From the NCBI GenBank assembly GCA_963815215.1, contig CAWFFU010000008.1:160001-224000 (forward strand): a DNA stretch of 64,000 nt. Reading direction: 5' to 3'. This stretch comes from an uncultured Trueperaceae bacterium. GTDB lineage: Bacteria; Deinococcota; Deinococci; Deinococcales; Trueperaceae. Positions 48,941 through 58,310 of the stretch are shown here, piece after piece. The notes beneath the pieces were generated by a model. It made no database searches and was not told the DNA's origin. It saw only the letters and a list, made by a program, of their open reading frames with translations. The translations under genes and the position numbers were made by a program. Position 1 is the first letter of the stretch. Every line of letters begins with the position of its first letter.

Positions 48941-50079
48941 AACGTCCCATCCTCGCCCTCGTCGGCATGCTGCCGCTGCTGTTCCCGGCGGCCCACGCGT
49001 TCGGATTCCAGGACGCCCTGCAGGCCGCGCAGACGCGGCCCGACGCCGTGACCAAGCGGCTCGAGCTGCTCAACGACAGCAACGAGCTGGTCCGCGTGCA
49101 GGGCGATCCCCTCGCCCTCAAGATGGACGTGGTCAAGGCCCAGCAAGCGGTCGCGCTCGATCGCGCCCAGCTCGAGAAGGCCTACGACGACGCGCTGGTG
49201 ACGATCGCCAAGGCCTACACGGGCGTCCTCGAGGCGCGCGAGCAGGCGGCTCTGGCCGACAAGGGAGTGACCGTCGCCCAGGCATCGCTCGACATCGCCA
49301 AGATCCGGCTCTCCAACGGCAGCGGCACCGACCTCGACGTTCAGGACGCCCAGGTTTCCCTCGACAACGCCACCAAGAACGCGCAGACCGCGCACAAGAG
49401 CCTGGCGATCGCCGAAGCGAACCTCGAGGGGCTGGTCGGGCAGACCCTCGACCCTGGCGCCCTCGAGCCGATCCCCGATGCCTTCCTGGTGGCCGTTCCG
49501 TCTACCGACGCCGCCACCCTGGCGCTGCCGCGCACACCTCAGCTGCTGCAGTCACAGCAGGGCCTGGTGCTGGCCGGGCTCGGCGTCCAGATGCTCGACC
49601 CGAGCTACGCCTCGGCCTCGCAGATCGAGTCCGCCAAGACGCAGCTCCAGACCACCGAGAAGCTCGTCGCAGAGGCCCGGCGCGGCCTCCAGATCCAGGC
49701 CAGGAACCTGGTGGTCCTGGCCCAGAGCGCGGCGGAGTCCTTCCGCATCGAGAAGGACAACCTGAACAACGCCGACCAGCGGCTCGGGTTCGCCTCCGAC
49801 CGGCTGAACGCAGGCCTGATCCCCAAGATCCAGTACCAGAAGGCGGAGCTCGATCAGCTCCAGGCCAAGCTCGCGGCGCTGCAGGCGCGCGACGGCTACG
49901 TGGTCGCGCTGCTCCAGCTCCAGGCCGGCACTCAGGTCCAACTGCAGGGACCGAGCGTCTACGACTTCGCGGCCACCGTTGGCCCGCTTCCCGGCGATGC
50001 TGGCGCCGCACCCGGCACGGCCGGGGGCGGCACGACATCCGGTGGGAGCGCGGGCAACGGTGGCGGCAATGGCCAGTAG
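48937..50079 (+). CDS. TolC-family protein, short form with no recognisable beta-hairpins
   Basis: Signal peptide; KAY..VL, RL.NG.GT.LDV, RL.AGLI; GTGA overlap. Confidence 0.82.
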   Translation: MKRPILALVGMLPLLFPAAHAFGFQDALQAAQTRPDAVTKRLELLNDSNELVRVQGDPLALKMDVVKAQQAVALDRAQLEKAYDDALVTIAKAYTGVLEAREQAALADKGVTVAQASLDIAKIRLSNGSGTDLDVQDAQVSLDNATKNAQTAHKSLAIAEANLEGLVGQTLDPGALEPIPDAFLVAVPSTDAATLALPRTPQLLQSQQGLVLAGLGVQMLDPSYASASQIESAKTQLQTTEKLVAEARRGLQIQARNLVVLAQSAAESFRIEKDNLNNADQRLGFASDRLNAGLIPKIQYQKAELDQLQAKLAALQARDGYVVALLQLQAGTQVQLQGPSVYDFAATVGPLPGDAGAAPGTAGGGTTSGGSAGNGGGNGQ

Positions 50080-51358
50080 GGCGGCCCGTCGCTCCCTCAC
50101 TCCCCTGCTGCTGGCGCTGATGCTGATCCCGTTGGCGGCATGCGGCGGCCGCAACGCGAGCAAATCGAGCGCCGCCTCGACCGCCGCCCCCACCGCCGCG
50201 CAGACGGCGAGCGGACCGGGGGCCGGCAGTGACGTGCGCAAGGTGCGCGTCTTCCAGCCCCGCCAGGGCGCGCTCACGGCGCAACGCAGCGCCTCGGTGA
50301 CCATCGATCCGTCGCGCTCGTCGATGGTCGCGGCAGGCACGTCCGGGCAAGTGGCCGCGGTGCTCCACCGCGAAGGCGCCACCGTGAAGGCCGGCGAGAC
50401 CGTTGTGCAACTCGACACCACCTCGCTGAAGCTCCAGGTCCAGAACGCCAGGACCGCCTTGGAGAGCGCCAACGTCAACCTCAGCAGGGCCGAGCAATCG
50501 GCCAAGGACGGCCTGGCACAGGCCCAAGCCGCGCTCGAGGCAGCCCAGCAGAACCTGGCGCTGGCGCAGAAGCAGGTCGATGACGGGCACAACCTATTCG
50601 CCGCCGGCGGCATATCGGCGACCGACCTGCAGAGCCTGCAGGCACAGCTCGCACAGGCCCGCTCCGGCTACCAGCAGGCCAGCGACGCTGTCAACAAGGC
50701 CGGGCGCGCCGAGACCGAGGACCTGCAGCTGCAGCGTCTGCAGGTGCAACAAGCTCAGACCCAGCTCGACCAAGCGCGTCACACCCTCGACGAGGCCAGC
50801 ATCACGGCGCCGTTCGACGGGCAGATCGCGGACATGCGCGTCGCCGAAGGGGAGTTCGTGGGCACCGGCAGCGCTGTCTTCCGACTCGTCTCCACCACGA
50901 CCCAGCTCGCACGATTCAACGTTCCGCCGCAGGACGCCCAGCAGCTCTCCGACAAGGGCCTGGTCTACGTGAGCTACGGCGGCCTAGACTACGCCGCCAA
51001 GATCATCCGCAGCACCACCGTGACGGGATCGTCGCGGCAGGTGGAGCTGACCGCCAGCGTCTACGCCTCCAAGCACCCCATGCCGACCGGCGCGACCGGT
51101 CAGGTCAACTACCAGGTGACGCTGGCGTCCGGGCTATTGCTCCCGTCCGACGCGCTCAAGACCGACAGCGGTGAGAGCACGGTGCTGCTGGTCAAGGACG
51201 GCGTCGCGACGCAGACGAAGGTGCAGCTCCTGGCCGAGGTCGGGGGCACCGCCGCGATCCAGGGCCTAACGGCCGGCGCTCAGGTCGTCTACCCGGTCCC
51301 CAGTGACCTGCTGGCGGGCTCCAAGGTCCAGGTCGTGGGGGGCGCCACCTCGCCATGA
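50069..51358 (+). CDS. RND periplasmic adaptor (MFP), lipoprotein
   Basis: Lipobox LAAC, SGQV....G..V..G, LF.AG.IS tip, ITAPFDG.I. Confidence 0.92.
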   Translation: MASRAARRSLTPLLLALMLIPLAACGGRNASKSSAASTAAPTAAQTASGPGAGSDVRKVRVFQPRQGALTAQRSASVTIDPSRSSMVAAGTSGQVAAVLHREGATVKAGETVVQLDTTSLKLQVQNARTALESANVNLSRAEQSAKDGLAQAQAALEAAQQNLALAQKQVDDGHNLFAAGGISATDLQSLQAQLAQARSGYQQASDAVNKAGRAETEDLQLQRLQVQQAQTQLDQARHTLDEASITAPFDGQIADMRVAEGEFVGTGSAVFRLVSTTTQLARFNVPPQDAQQLSDKGLVYVSYGGLDYAAKIIRSTTVTGSSRQVELTASVYASKHPMPTGATGQVNYQVTLASGLLLPSDALKTDSGESTVLLVKDGVATQTKVQLLAEVGGTAAIQGLTAGAQVVYPVPSDLLAGSKVQVVGGATSP

Positions 51359-54300
51359 GACGCCTGGTCCAGTTCTTCGTCAACAACTACGTCCTGACCA
51401 TCAGCGTCTTCGGGGCCCTGGTGCTGTTCGGCGCGGTGAGCACCCTGAGCCGCGGCATCGAGCTGTTCCCACCCATCACCGTGCCGGTCATCGCCGTCAC
51501 CACTAGCTACAGCGGGGCGGGACCCGAGGAGGTGTCGCGCCAGGTGGCGCAGCCCGAGGAGGGCGCCCTCACCACGCTCCCCGGCATCAGCTCCGTGAGC
51601 TCGGTCAGCTACGAGGGCTACGCCATCGTCATCGCCCAGTTCAACGCCAACGCCGACATCAACCAGGCCGCCATCGACGTGAGCCAACGTATCTCCCAGA
51701 TCGGCAACCAGCTCCCCAACGGCGCCGGCAACCCGACGGTCCAGAAGTTCAACCCCAACGACCAGCCGATCCTCAGCGTGGCGGTCTCAGCGCCCGGTCA
51801 GGATCTGATGGCCGTGCAGAACTACGCCGAGAACACGCTGCAGCCCGCCATCGAGAGGGTCAACGGGGTGGCGGACGTCACCGTGGTGGGGCCGGCCAAG
51901 GAGCAGGTGCAGGTCCTGCTCGACCCCAACGCGCTGGCCAACTTCGGCCTGACCCCCCAGCAGGTGGCGAGCGCCATCCAGGCGTCGGCACTCGACGTAC
52001 CGGCCGGCAGCCTGGATTTCGCCAACAGCCGCGTTCTGCTCACGGCGCGCGCCACTCCGACCGATCTCGCTCAGGTGGCGTCGATCCCGGTCGATCCCTC
52101 GCGCGGCCTCACCGTCTCCGATGTCGCCACGGTGCGCGACACCACCGCCAGGCCCACCTCCTACGCGCGCCTGAATGGCGAGCCGGTGGTACTGCTTCAG
52201 GTGCGCAAGCTGTCCGACAGCAACGCCGTGGCGACCGCCAACGACCTGCGTGCCGCACTGAAGAAGCTCGACATGCCTGCCGGCTACAGCACGCAGATCG
52301 TGGGTGACACCACGACCTACGTTGCGTCCAGCGTCTACGACACCCTGCAGGAGATGTTGATCGCAGCCCTCGCCGTCTCCCTGGTCGTGCTGATGTTCGT
52401 CGGCCGGCTCGGCTCGGTGTTCGCGGTGGTGCTCGCGATCCCGGTGGCGCTGTCCGGCGCGCTGGTGATGTTCTGGCTGTTCAACTACAGCTTCAACATC
52501 ATCACGCTCCTCGCCCTCACCGTCGCCATCGGCCTGGTGGTGGACGACGCCATCGTGGTCGCCGAGAACATCGACCGCTACCGGGAGATGGGATACGCAC
52601 GCCACGAGGCGGTGCTCAAGGGCGCAAGCGAGGTCTCAACGGCGGTCCTTGCGGCGACCATGTCGCTGCTTGCGGTGTTCCTGCCGATCTCGTTCCTGCC
52701 CGGCATCATCGGCCAGTTCTTCGCCCAGTTCGGCATCACCCTGGCAGCCACCGTGGCCTTCAGCTACTTGGAGGCGATGTTCTTCCTGACGGTCCGCCTG
52801 GCGCTGTCGCCAGATCCTTTCCCGCCGTCGTGGCGCGAGTTCCCGACGACGCTGCGGGGGACCTCCAGCGATCTGCGTTGGGGCCTGCACTTCTACCGCA
52901 GCGTCTGGTTCTGGCTCATCGCCCTGGTCGCGGGCGCCGGCCTCGTGCGGGGCCTGGGCGTGCGCTACCTGGCGCTGCTGGTGCTGCTGCCGGTGCTGCT
53001 GGTGCTGCTCCGCATGCTCCTACGCGTCGTGCTCGCGGTGCTCGGGGCGCTCTCGCTCAACCTGTTCCAGGTGGGCGACTTCCTGGTCACGCGAACCCGC
53101 GACGCCTACGTGGCGGCGCTCTCGCGCCTGCTCCCACGATCCTGGACGGTTCTCCTCACGGCCGGGCTGCTGTTCGCCAGCCTGTTCTGGGTGTTCCCGC
53201 GCATCGGCTTCAACTTCCAGCCGCCGTCGGACACCGGCCAGCTCGTCGTCGACGCCCGCCTACCGGTGGGGACCAGCCTGGCACGCACCAACGAGGTGGC
53301 CACACAGATCGAGGCCAACCTGCTGGCCGACCCTATCGTGACGACCGTGCAGACGACGGTCGGCTCCGGCACCCAGGTCGGCGGGGCGCTGCCCGAGGAC
53401 GCCAGCCTGACCGTTCAACTCGTCGACAAGAGCCAGCGCCACCGCACCACCACCGAGCTGGCGGTAGCCGTCCAGGACCGCTTGCGCACGATGTTCGCCG
53501 CCCACCCGGAGATCCGCATCAACGTCGGCAGCTCCGACCCCAGCAACGCCCCCACCAACGCCGGCTACGACCTGACGCTGGCGTCGACCAACCTGGACGC
53601 GCTGCGCCAACACGCCAACCAGGCGGTGGTCGTGCTCCAGGGCGACTCGCAACTCCGCAACGTTCGCTCCGACGTGTCCTCCAGCTCCACCGAGCGCGTC
53701 TTCGTGGCGGACGCCGCGCAACTGGCAGGCACCGGCCTGACCCGCGCGCAGGTCTTCCAGGCCCTGCGGACCTACAACGTCGGCACCCGGGCCGCCACCA
53801 TGCGCAAGGCCGGCGTGGAGATCCCCATCCAGGTGATGGCCGCTCCCCGCGACCTCGTGAACGAGCAGACCATCCTAAGCCTGCCGCTGTACGCACCCGG
53901 CCTGCAGACCACCGTCACGCTGGGCGACCTCGGTCACTTCGAGACCCGCCTCGCCCCCGCGGTGATCCGGCGCACCAACCAGTCGTACAGCGCCGACGTG
54001 ACGGCCGACCTGGCGCCGGGCGTGACCCAGTCCGAGGCGAAGAAGGAGGCGCACCAGCGGCTGGTGGCGGCCGGCGTCCTCGACGCCCAGGTGGTGCAGA
54101 CCACCAGCGGCAACCTCAACCTGCTGGGCGACCTGCTCAAATACGGACCGATCGCCTTCGCACTGGCCCTGCTGCTGAACTACCTCGCGATCGGCAGTCA
54201 GTTCAACTCCTTCAAGTACCCGCTCTACCTGTTGCTGACGGTCCCGCTGGCGCTGGTCGGCGCGATCTGGCTGTTCTACATCACCGGCAACTCGCTCGAC

Positions 54301-54903
54301 GTCATCAGCATCCTGGGGGTGGTGATGCTGGTGGGCCTTGTCACCAAGAACGCCATCCTGTTGCTGGACGTCACGATGCGACGGGTCACCGAAGGGAGCG
54401 ACCTCTTCACCGCTCTGGTGGAGGCCGGGCGCGTGCGCTTCCGGCCCATCGTGATGACCACCCTCACCGTCGTGGTCATCAGCATCCCGCTCATGGTCGG
54501 CGCCTCGCAGGGAGCGGAGTTCCGCTTCCCGCTGGGTCTGGTCATCGTGGGGGGCGTGCTCAGCTCGGCGCTTCTGACGTTCTTCGTGGTGCCTGCAGCC
54601 TTCTACCAGTTCGAGCGCAAGCGCTACGAGCGGCTGGGAGCGGCGGCCGTCCCTCGTGGCGGCGCGGCCCCGGACGCCTCACCCAGCGACAGCGGCGTGA
54701 GCGGCCCGGTGGAGGGTGGGCACGAGCGCTCCCCCCGGAGCGGTGGACCCGGCCCCTCGCAACGACGTCCGAGCGGCGCGAGCCCGAACACCGGTAGCCC
54801 GAACACCGGTAGCCCGAACACCGGTAGCCTGAACACCGCCACCGAACGTGGCCGCGCACGCACCGAGCCCGGGCACCCCGACGAGGCGACCGGGGGCCGC
54901 TAG
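51355..54903 (+). CDS. RND efflux transporter permease (right operon)
   Basis: [47 protein letters not shown]. Confidence 0.95.
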   Translation: MRRLVQFFVNNYVLTISVFGALVLFGAVSTLSRGIELFPPITVPVIAVTTSYSGAGPEEVSRQVAQPEEGALTTLPGISSVSSVSYEGYAIVIAQFNANADINQAAIDVSQRISQIGNQLPNGAGNPTVQKFNPNDQPILSVAVSAPGQDLMAVQNYAENTLQPAIERVNGVADVTVVGPAKEQVQVLLDPNALANFGLTPQQVASAIQASALDVPAGSLDFANSRVLLTARATPTDLAQVASIPVDPSRGLTVSDVATVRDTTARPTSYARLNGEPVVLLQVRKLSDSNAVATANDLRAALKKLDMPAGYSTQIVGDTTTYVASSVYDTLQEMLIAALAVSLVVLMFVGRLGSVFAVVLAIPVALSGALVMFWLFNYSFNIITLLALTVAIGLVVDDAIVVAENIDRYREMGYARHEAVLKGASEVSTAVLAATMSLLAVFLPISFLPGIIGQFFAQFGITLAATVAFSYLEAMFFLTVRLALSPDPFPPSWREFPTTLRGTSSDLRWGLHFYRSVWFWLIALVAGAGLVRGLGVRYLALLVLLPVLLVLLRMLLRVVLAVLGALSLNLFQVGDFLVTRTRDAYVAALSRLLPRSWTVLLTAGLLFASLFWVFPRIGFNFQPPSDTGQLVVDARLPVGTSLARTNEVATQIEANLLADPIVTTVQTTVGSGTQVGGALPEDASLTVQLVDKSQRHRTTTELAVAVQDRLRTMFAAHPEIRINVGSSDPSNAPTNAGYDLTLASTNLDALRQHANQAVVVLQGDSQLRNVRSDVSSSSTERVFVADAAQLAGTGLTRAQVFQALRTYNVGTRAATMRKAGVEIPIQVMAAPRDLVNEQTILSLPLYAPGLQTTVTLGDLGHFETRLAPAVIRRTNQSYSADVTADLAPGVTQSEAKKEAHQRLVAAGVLDAQVVQTTSGNLNLLGDLLKYGPIAFALALLLNYLAIGSQFNSFKYPLYLLLTVPLALVGAIWLFYITGNSLDVISILGVVMLVGLVTKNAILLLDVTMRRVTEGSDLFTALVEAGRVRFRPIVMTTLTVVVISIPLMVGASQGAEFRFPLGLVIVGGVLSSALLTFFVVPAAFYQFERKRYERLGAAAVPRGGAAPDASPSDSGVSGPVEGGHERSPRSGGPGPSQRRPSGASPNTGSPNTGSPNTGSLNTATERGRARTEPGHPDEATGGR
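54781..54838. repeat. 15-bp tandem repeat (SPNTG x3 plus a partial copy) in the RND tail
   Basis: AGCCCGAACACCGGT three exact copies, then AGCCTGAACACCG. Confidence 0.92.
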
Positions 54904-54929
54904 ATGCCAGAGCCTAGGATGGGACCACC

Positions 54930-55751
54930 ATGACCGCCAGCACCCCGAACACCACCATCGCCCTGCTCACGGACTTCGGGCTGCGCGATACCTACGTGGC
55001 CATGCTGAAGGCCGTGATCCAGGGCATCGCCCCCGATGCAGCCGTCATCGACCTCACCCACCAGGTGGCGGCGCACGACGTGCGCGAAGGCGCGTTCGAC
55101 CTGTTCGTCTCGCACGCCTTCTTCCCAGCCGGTACGGTGTTCTGCTGCGTGGTCGACCCGGGCGTCGGCTCGAGCCGGCGCGCAGTGGCGCTGCGTCTGC
55201 GACGCGGTAACGGCCACCCCTACCGGTTCGTCGGGCCCGACAACGGCCTGTTCACGGCCGTGCTCGAGGGCGCCACGGTGGAAGCGGCCGCCAGCCTCGA
55301 CGACCCCGCCTACCAGCTCGCGGCCGTGAGCAGCACCTTCCACGGCCGCGACGTCTTCGCCCCCGCCGCCGCCCATCTGGCACGCGGCGTGGGCACCGAG
55401 GCGCTCGGCGCGGCGGTCGACCCGGACTCGCTGGTCCGGCTGCCGTGGGACCAACCCAGGCGGACCGATGACGGCTGGGAGGCCGACCTCATCCACAAGG
55501 ACCCCTTCGGCAACCTGATCAGCAACCTGCCTAGCGAGGCGCTGCAACCCGATCTCTCGCGCTGGCGCGTGTTCCTGGACAGCTTCGAGATCGGCCCCAT
55601 CCGACGCGCCTTCTCCGACGTGCCGGCGGGCCGCCCGCTCGCGTTCGTCGGCAGCAGCGGCCTGCTCGAGATCGCGGTGCGCGACGGCCGGGCCGCCGAC
55701 GTGCTCAGCGTGAACAAGGGGAGCGTGGTGAGGGTGCGGCCCGCCACCTGA
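54930..55751 (+). CDS. SAM hydroxide adenosyltransferase (DUF62 family)
   Basis: LTDFG, VVDPGVGS.RR, GPDNG, STFHGRDVF, FGN, LEIA. Confidence 0.9.
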   Translation: MTASTPNTTIALLTDFGLRDTYVAMLKAVIQGIAPDAAVIDLTHQVAAHDVREGAFDLFVSHAFFPAGTVFCCVVDPGVGSSRRAVALRLRRGNGHPYRFVGPDNGLFTAVLEGATVEAAASLDDPAYQLAAVSSTFHGRDVFAPAAAHLARGVGTEALGAAVDPDSLVRLPWDQPRRTDDGWEADLIHKDPFGNLISNLPSEALQPDLSRWRVFLDSFEIGPIRRAFSDVPAGRPLAFVGSSGLLEIAVRDGRAADVLSVNKGSVVRVRPAT

Positions 55752-55770
55752 ACGCCGCCCGGCGCACGCC

Positions 55771-56823
55771 TCAGGCCACCGTCACCTCGTCGGACAGGTA
55801 GACGTCCTGGATGAGGTGGAGCAGCGCCACGCCCTCCTCGAAGGGGCGCTGGAAGGCCTTACGCCCGCTGATCAGGCCGCTGCCGCCACCGCGCTTGTTC
55901 ACGACCGCGGTCGTGACGGCCTCGGCGAAGTCGTTCGCGCCCGAGGCGCCTCCGGAGTTGATGAGCCCCACGCGGCCCATGTAGCCATTCGCGACCTGCC
56001 AGCGGACCCATTCGATGGGGTGATCGGGCACCAGGTCGCCGTACATGCGCGGGTCGCTGCGACCGAAGCCGATGGCCGTGAAGCCGCCGTTGACGGTCGG
56101 GAGCTTCTGTTTGACGATGTCGGCCTGGATGGTCACGCCGAGGTGGTTGGCCTGGGCGGTGAGGTCGGCGGCGGTGTGGTAGTCGGTGCCGTCCTTCTTG
56201 AAGCCCTCGTTGCGCGTGTAGCACCACAGGATGGTGGCCATGCCGAGCTCGTGCGCGTGCGCGAAGGCCTCGGCGATCTCGATGAGCTGCCGGTCGGACT
56301 CGTCGCTGCCGAAGTAGATGGTGGCGCCGACCGCCACGGCCCCCATGTTCCAGGCCTCCTCGACGGTCCCGAAGAGGATCTGGTCGTAGGTCTGCGGGTA
56401 GGTCATGAGCTCGTTGTGATTGAGCTTCACGATGAAGGGGATGCGGTGCGCGTAGCGCCGAGCTACCGCGCCCAGCACGCCGAAGGTCGAAGCGACGGCG
56501 TTGCAGCCACCTTGGATCGCCAGCTCCACGATCATGCGGGGGTCGAAGTAATCGGGGTTGGGCGCGAAGGAGGCCCCGGCGGTGTGCTCGATGCCCTGAT
56601 CCACCGGCAGGATCGAGAGGTACCCGGTGCCTCCCAGTCGACCGTGGCCGTAGAGCTGCTGCAGGCTGCGCAGCGTCTGCGGGTTGCGATCGGTGTCGAG
56701 GAATGCACGCTCGATGAAGTCCGGCCCCGGCAACGTGAGCCGCTCCTTGGCGATCCCCGTGGCGCGGTAGTTGAGCAGCGCTTCGGCCTTGTCACCGAGG
56801 TGTTGTTGGAACGTCTGGGCCAT
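55771..56823 (-). CDS. fbaB: Class I fructose-bisphosphate aldolase
   Basis: [53 protein letters not shown]. Confidence 0.95.
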   Translation of the reverse strand: MAQTFQQHLGDKAEALLNYRATGIAKERLTLPGPDFIERAFLDTDRNPQTLRSLQQLYGHGRLGGTGYLSILPVDQGIEHTAGASFAPNPDYFDPRMIVELAIQGGCNAVASTFGVLGAVARRYAHRIPFIVKLNHNELMTYPQTYDQILFGTVEEAWNMGAVAVGATIYFGSDESDRQLIEIAEAFAHAHELGMATILWCYTRNEGFKKDGTDYHTAADLTAQANHLGVTIQADIVKQKLPTVNGGFTAIGFGRSDPRMYGDLVPDHPIEWVRWQVANGYMGRVGLINSGGASGANDFAEAVTTAVVNKRGGGSGLISGRKAFQRPFEEGVALLHLIQDVYLSDEVTVA

Positions 56824-57075
56824 GCCCGGCTCCTTTCTCGAGGGCTCGCGTCGCACGCATGGCGCCCGCCTCGCCCCTCCAGGGTACGTGACGAGTGTGC
56901 CTGCCACCGTTGGCCCGCCTTCCGGGCGGGCCGGCACACGCGCAGGTCCCGAGGCCGCAGCCCCCAAACGAACCACCCGGCGGTCGCAAGAAACCTCATC
57001 GACCGCCGGGGCTCGTAAGAGAGTTCGTAGGTGCCATCTCAGGCATGCATCTACGATCCCTCCTATGGGGAGCAC

Positions 57076-57118
57076 ATCATAGGGATCGGCACGCCTCATG
57101 GGAAGGGACAGATGTCCC
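57076..57118 (-). promoter_or_regulatory. Candidate promoter with an adjacent palindromic operator upstream of fbaB
   Basis: TTCCCA-17 bp-TATGAT; GGGACA-N2-TGTCCC at 57105-57118. Confidence 0.5.
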
Positions 57119-57214
57119 GTCAGGGAGCGGGCTCCTTGGCTCGCGAGGTCGTCGGCCGCCGGCCCGCGACGCTCACCGAACGGCCCGGTCGCGAGTGCCC
57201 GGACAGAATGGAGC

Positions 57215-57763
57215 ATGTCAGCTCCTACCGCCACCCTCCTCCCCCTGTACGGCCTCACCACCCGCCTCGCGCTCGCCGTCGGGGTGCTCGCCATCTTCGT
57301 GGTCGTCAACCTGATCCTGCAGGCGATACTGGCCCGGGCGCTGCGCAGTCGATCGGTCCACGCAGGCCTGCGGGTGCTGGTCCGCCAGGGCCTGCGGGTG
57401 GTGCTGTGGCTGGCAGGCCTGGCCTCCGCCCTGGGCACCCTGGGGGTGAACATCTCGGCGCTGATCGCGGGCCTCGGCCTCGGCGGCTTCGCCCTGGGCT
57501 TCGCGCTGCGCGACATCCTCGCCAACCTCGTCGCCGGCGTGCTCATCCTGGTGTACCGGCCGTTCACGGTGGGCGAGACCATCACCGTGGCCGGCCAGAG
57601 CGGTACGGTCGCTGCCATCGATCTGCGCTACACGGAGCTGACCAACGAAGACAAGCGTGTCCTGGTCCCCAACCAGACCATCTTCACCAGCGCGGTCGTG
57701 GTGACCCCGCCGGTACCTCCGACGGCGGCTCCGACGGCAGCCACGGACGCGGCTCCGACCTGA
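57215..57763 (+). CDS. Small-conductance mechanosensitive channel (short MscS)
   Basis: Three TMs, GFAL.D.LAN..AG, RPF.VG, G.V..I.LRYT, VPN. Confidence 0.88.
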   Translation: MSAPTATLLPLYGLTTRLALAVGVLAIFVVVNLILQAILARALRSRSVHAGLRVLVRQGLRVVLWLAGLASALGTLGVNISALIAGLGLGGFALGFALRDILANLVAGVLILVYRPFTVGETITVAGQSGTVAAIDLRYTELTNEDKRVLVPNQTIFTSAVVVTPPVPPTAAPTAATDAAPT

Positions 57764-57887
57764 AGGCTCGTCGCGTTCGGCGCCCGGCGGCGCGCCCTGG
57801 CAGCGCCGTGCGCTAGCATGACCGCACCCAGCAGGAGATCGGGGTAGTACGGCCGGCGCGCTTGCCGGTCGCGGGAGGGGGAGCACG

Positions 57888-58283
57888 GTGGAGACGACCT
57901 GGGGAACCTTTCTGTGGGCCGCCGGCGGCGGGCTGGCGGCGGAGGCACTGCGCTGGTGGCGCCTGATCCGCGGCCAGCAGCAGGGAACGACGCTCAACCT
58001 GCCGGTCTACGCCCGCAGCCCGCTCTACTGGGGGCTCACGGGGGTCATCGTGCTGGCGGGCGGCATGCTGGCGGTGGCGTACGTGGTCTCGGGACAGCGC
58101 CTGGGTCCGATCCTGGCGGTCAACGTCGGGGCCAGCGCACCACTCATCATCCAGGGGCTCGCCGCCAGCGCTCCCGATGCGCCGGCGCGACCGGTCGCGC
58201 CGGCGGGCGACCGTCGGGACGGCCCGGAAGGCGCCCCTCGGGACCGCGCGCCGTCGATCGGGAACTTCCTGCGGGCACGGTGA
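57888..58283 (+). CDS. Hypothetical membrane protein (about three TMs)
   Basis: GGAG RBS, hydrophobic segments, AVNVGASAPLII. Confidence 0.72.
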   Translation: METTWGTFLWAAGGGLAAEALRWWRLIRGQQQGTTLNLPVYARSPLYWGLTGVIVLAGGMLAVAYVVSGQRLGPILAVNVGASAPLIIQGLAASAPDAPARPVAPAGDRRDGPEGAPRDRAPSIGNFLRAR

Positions 58284-58310
58284 GATCGGCGGCCCCGCCG
58301 CTGTACGGGT

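Noticed and set aside
54930..55751. SAM-dependent fluorinase/chlorinase
   Set aside because: Retains the Asp/Arg/His residues (TDFG, GSSRR, TFHGRD) typical of DUF62 SAM hydrolases, and no halometabolite cluster is nearby
56824..57060. Named riboswitch, SRP RNA or tmRNA upstream of fbaB
   Set aside because: Could not match the conserved cores of any family I recognise; left as an unassigned structured leader
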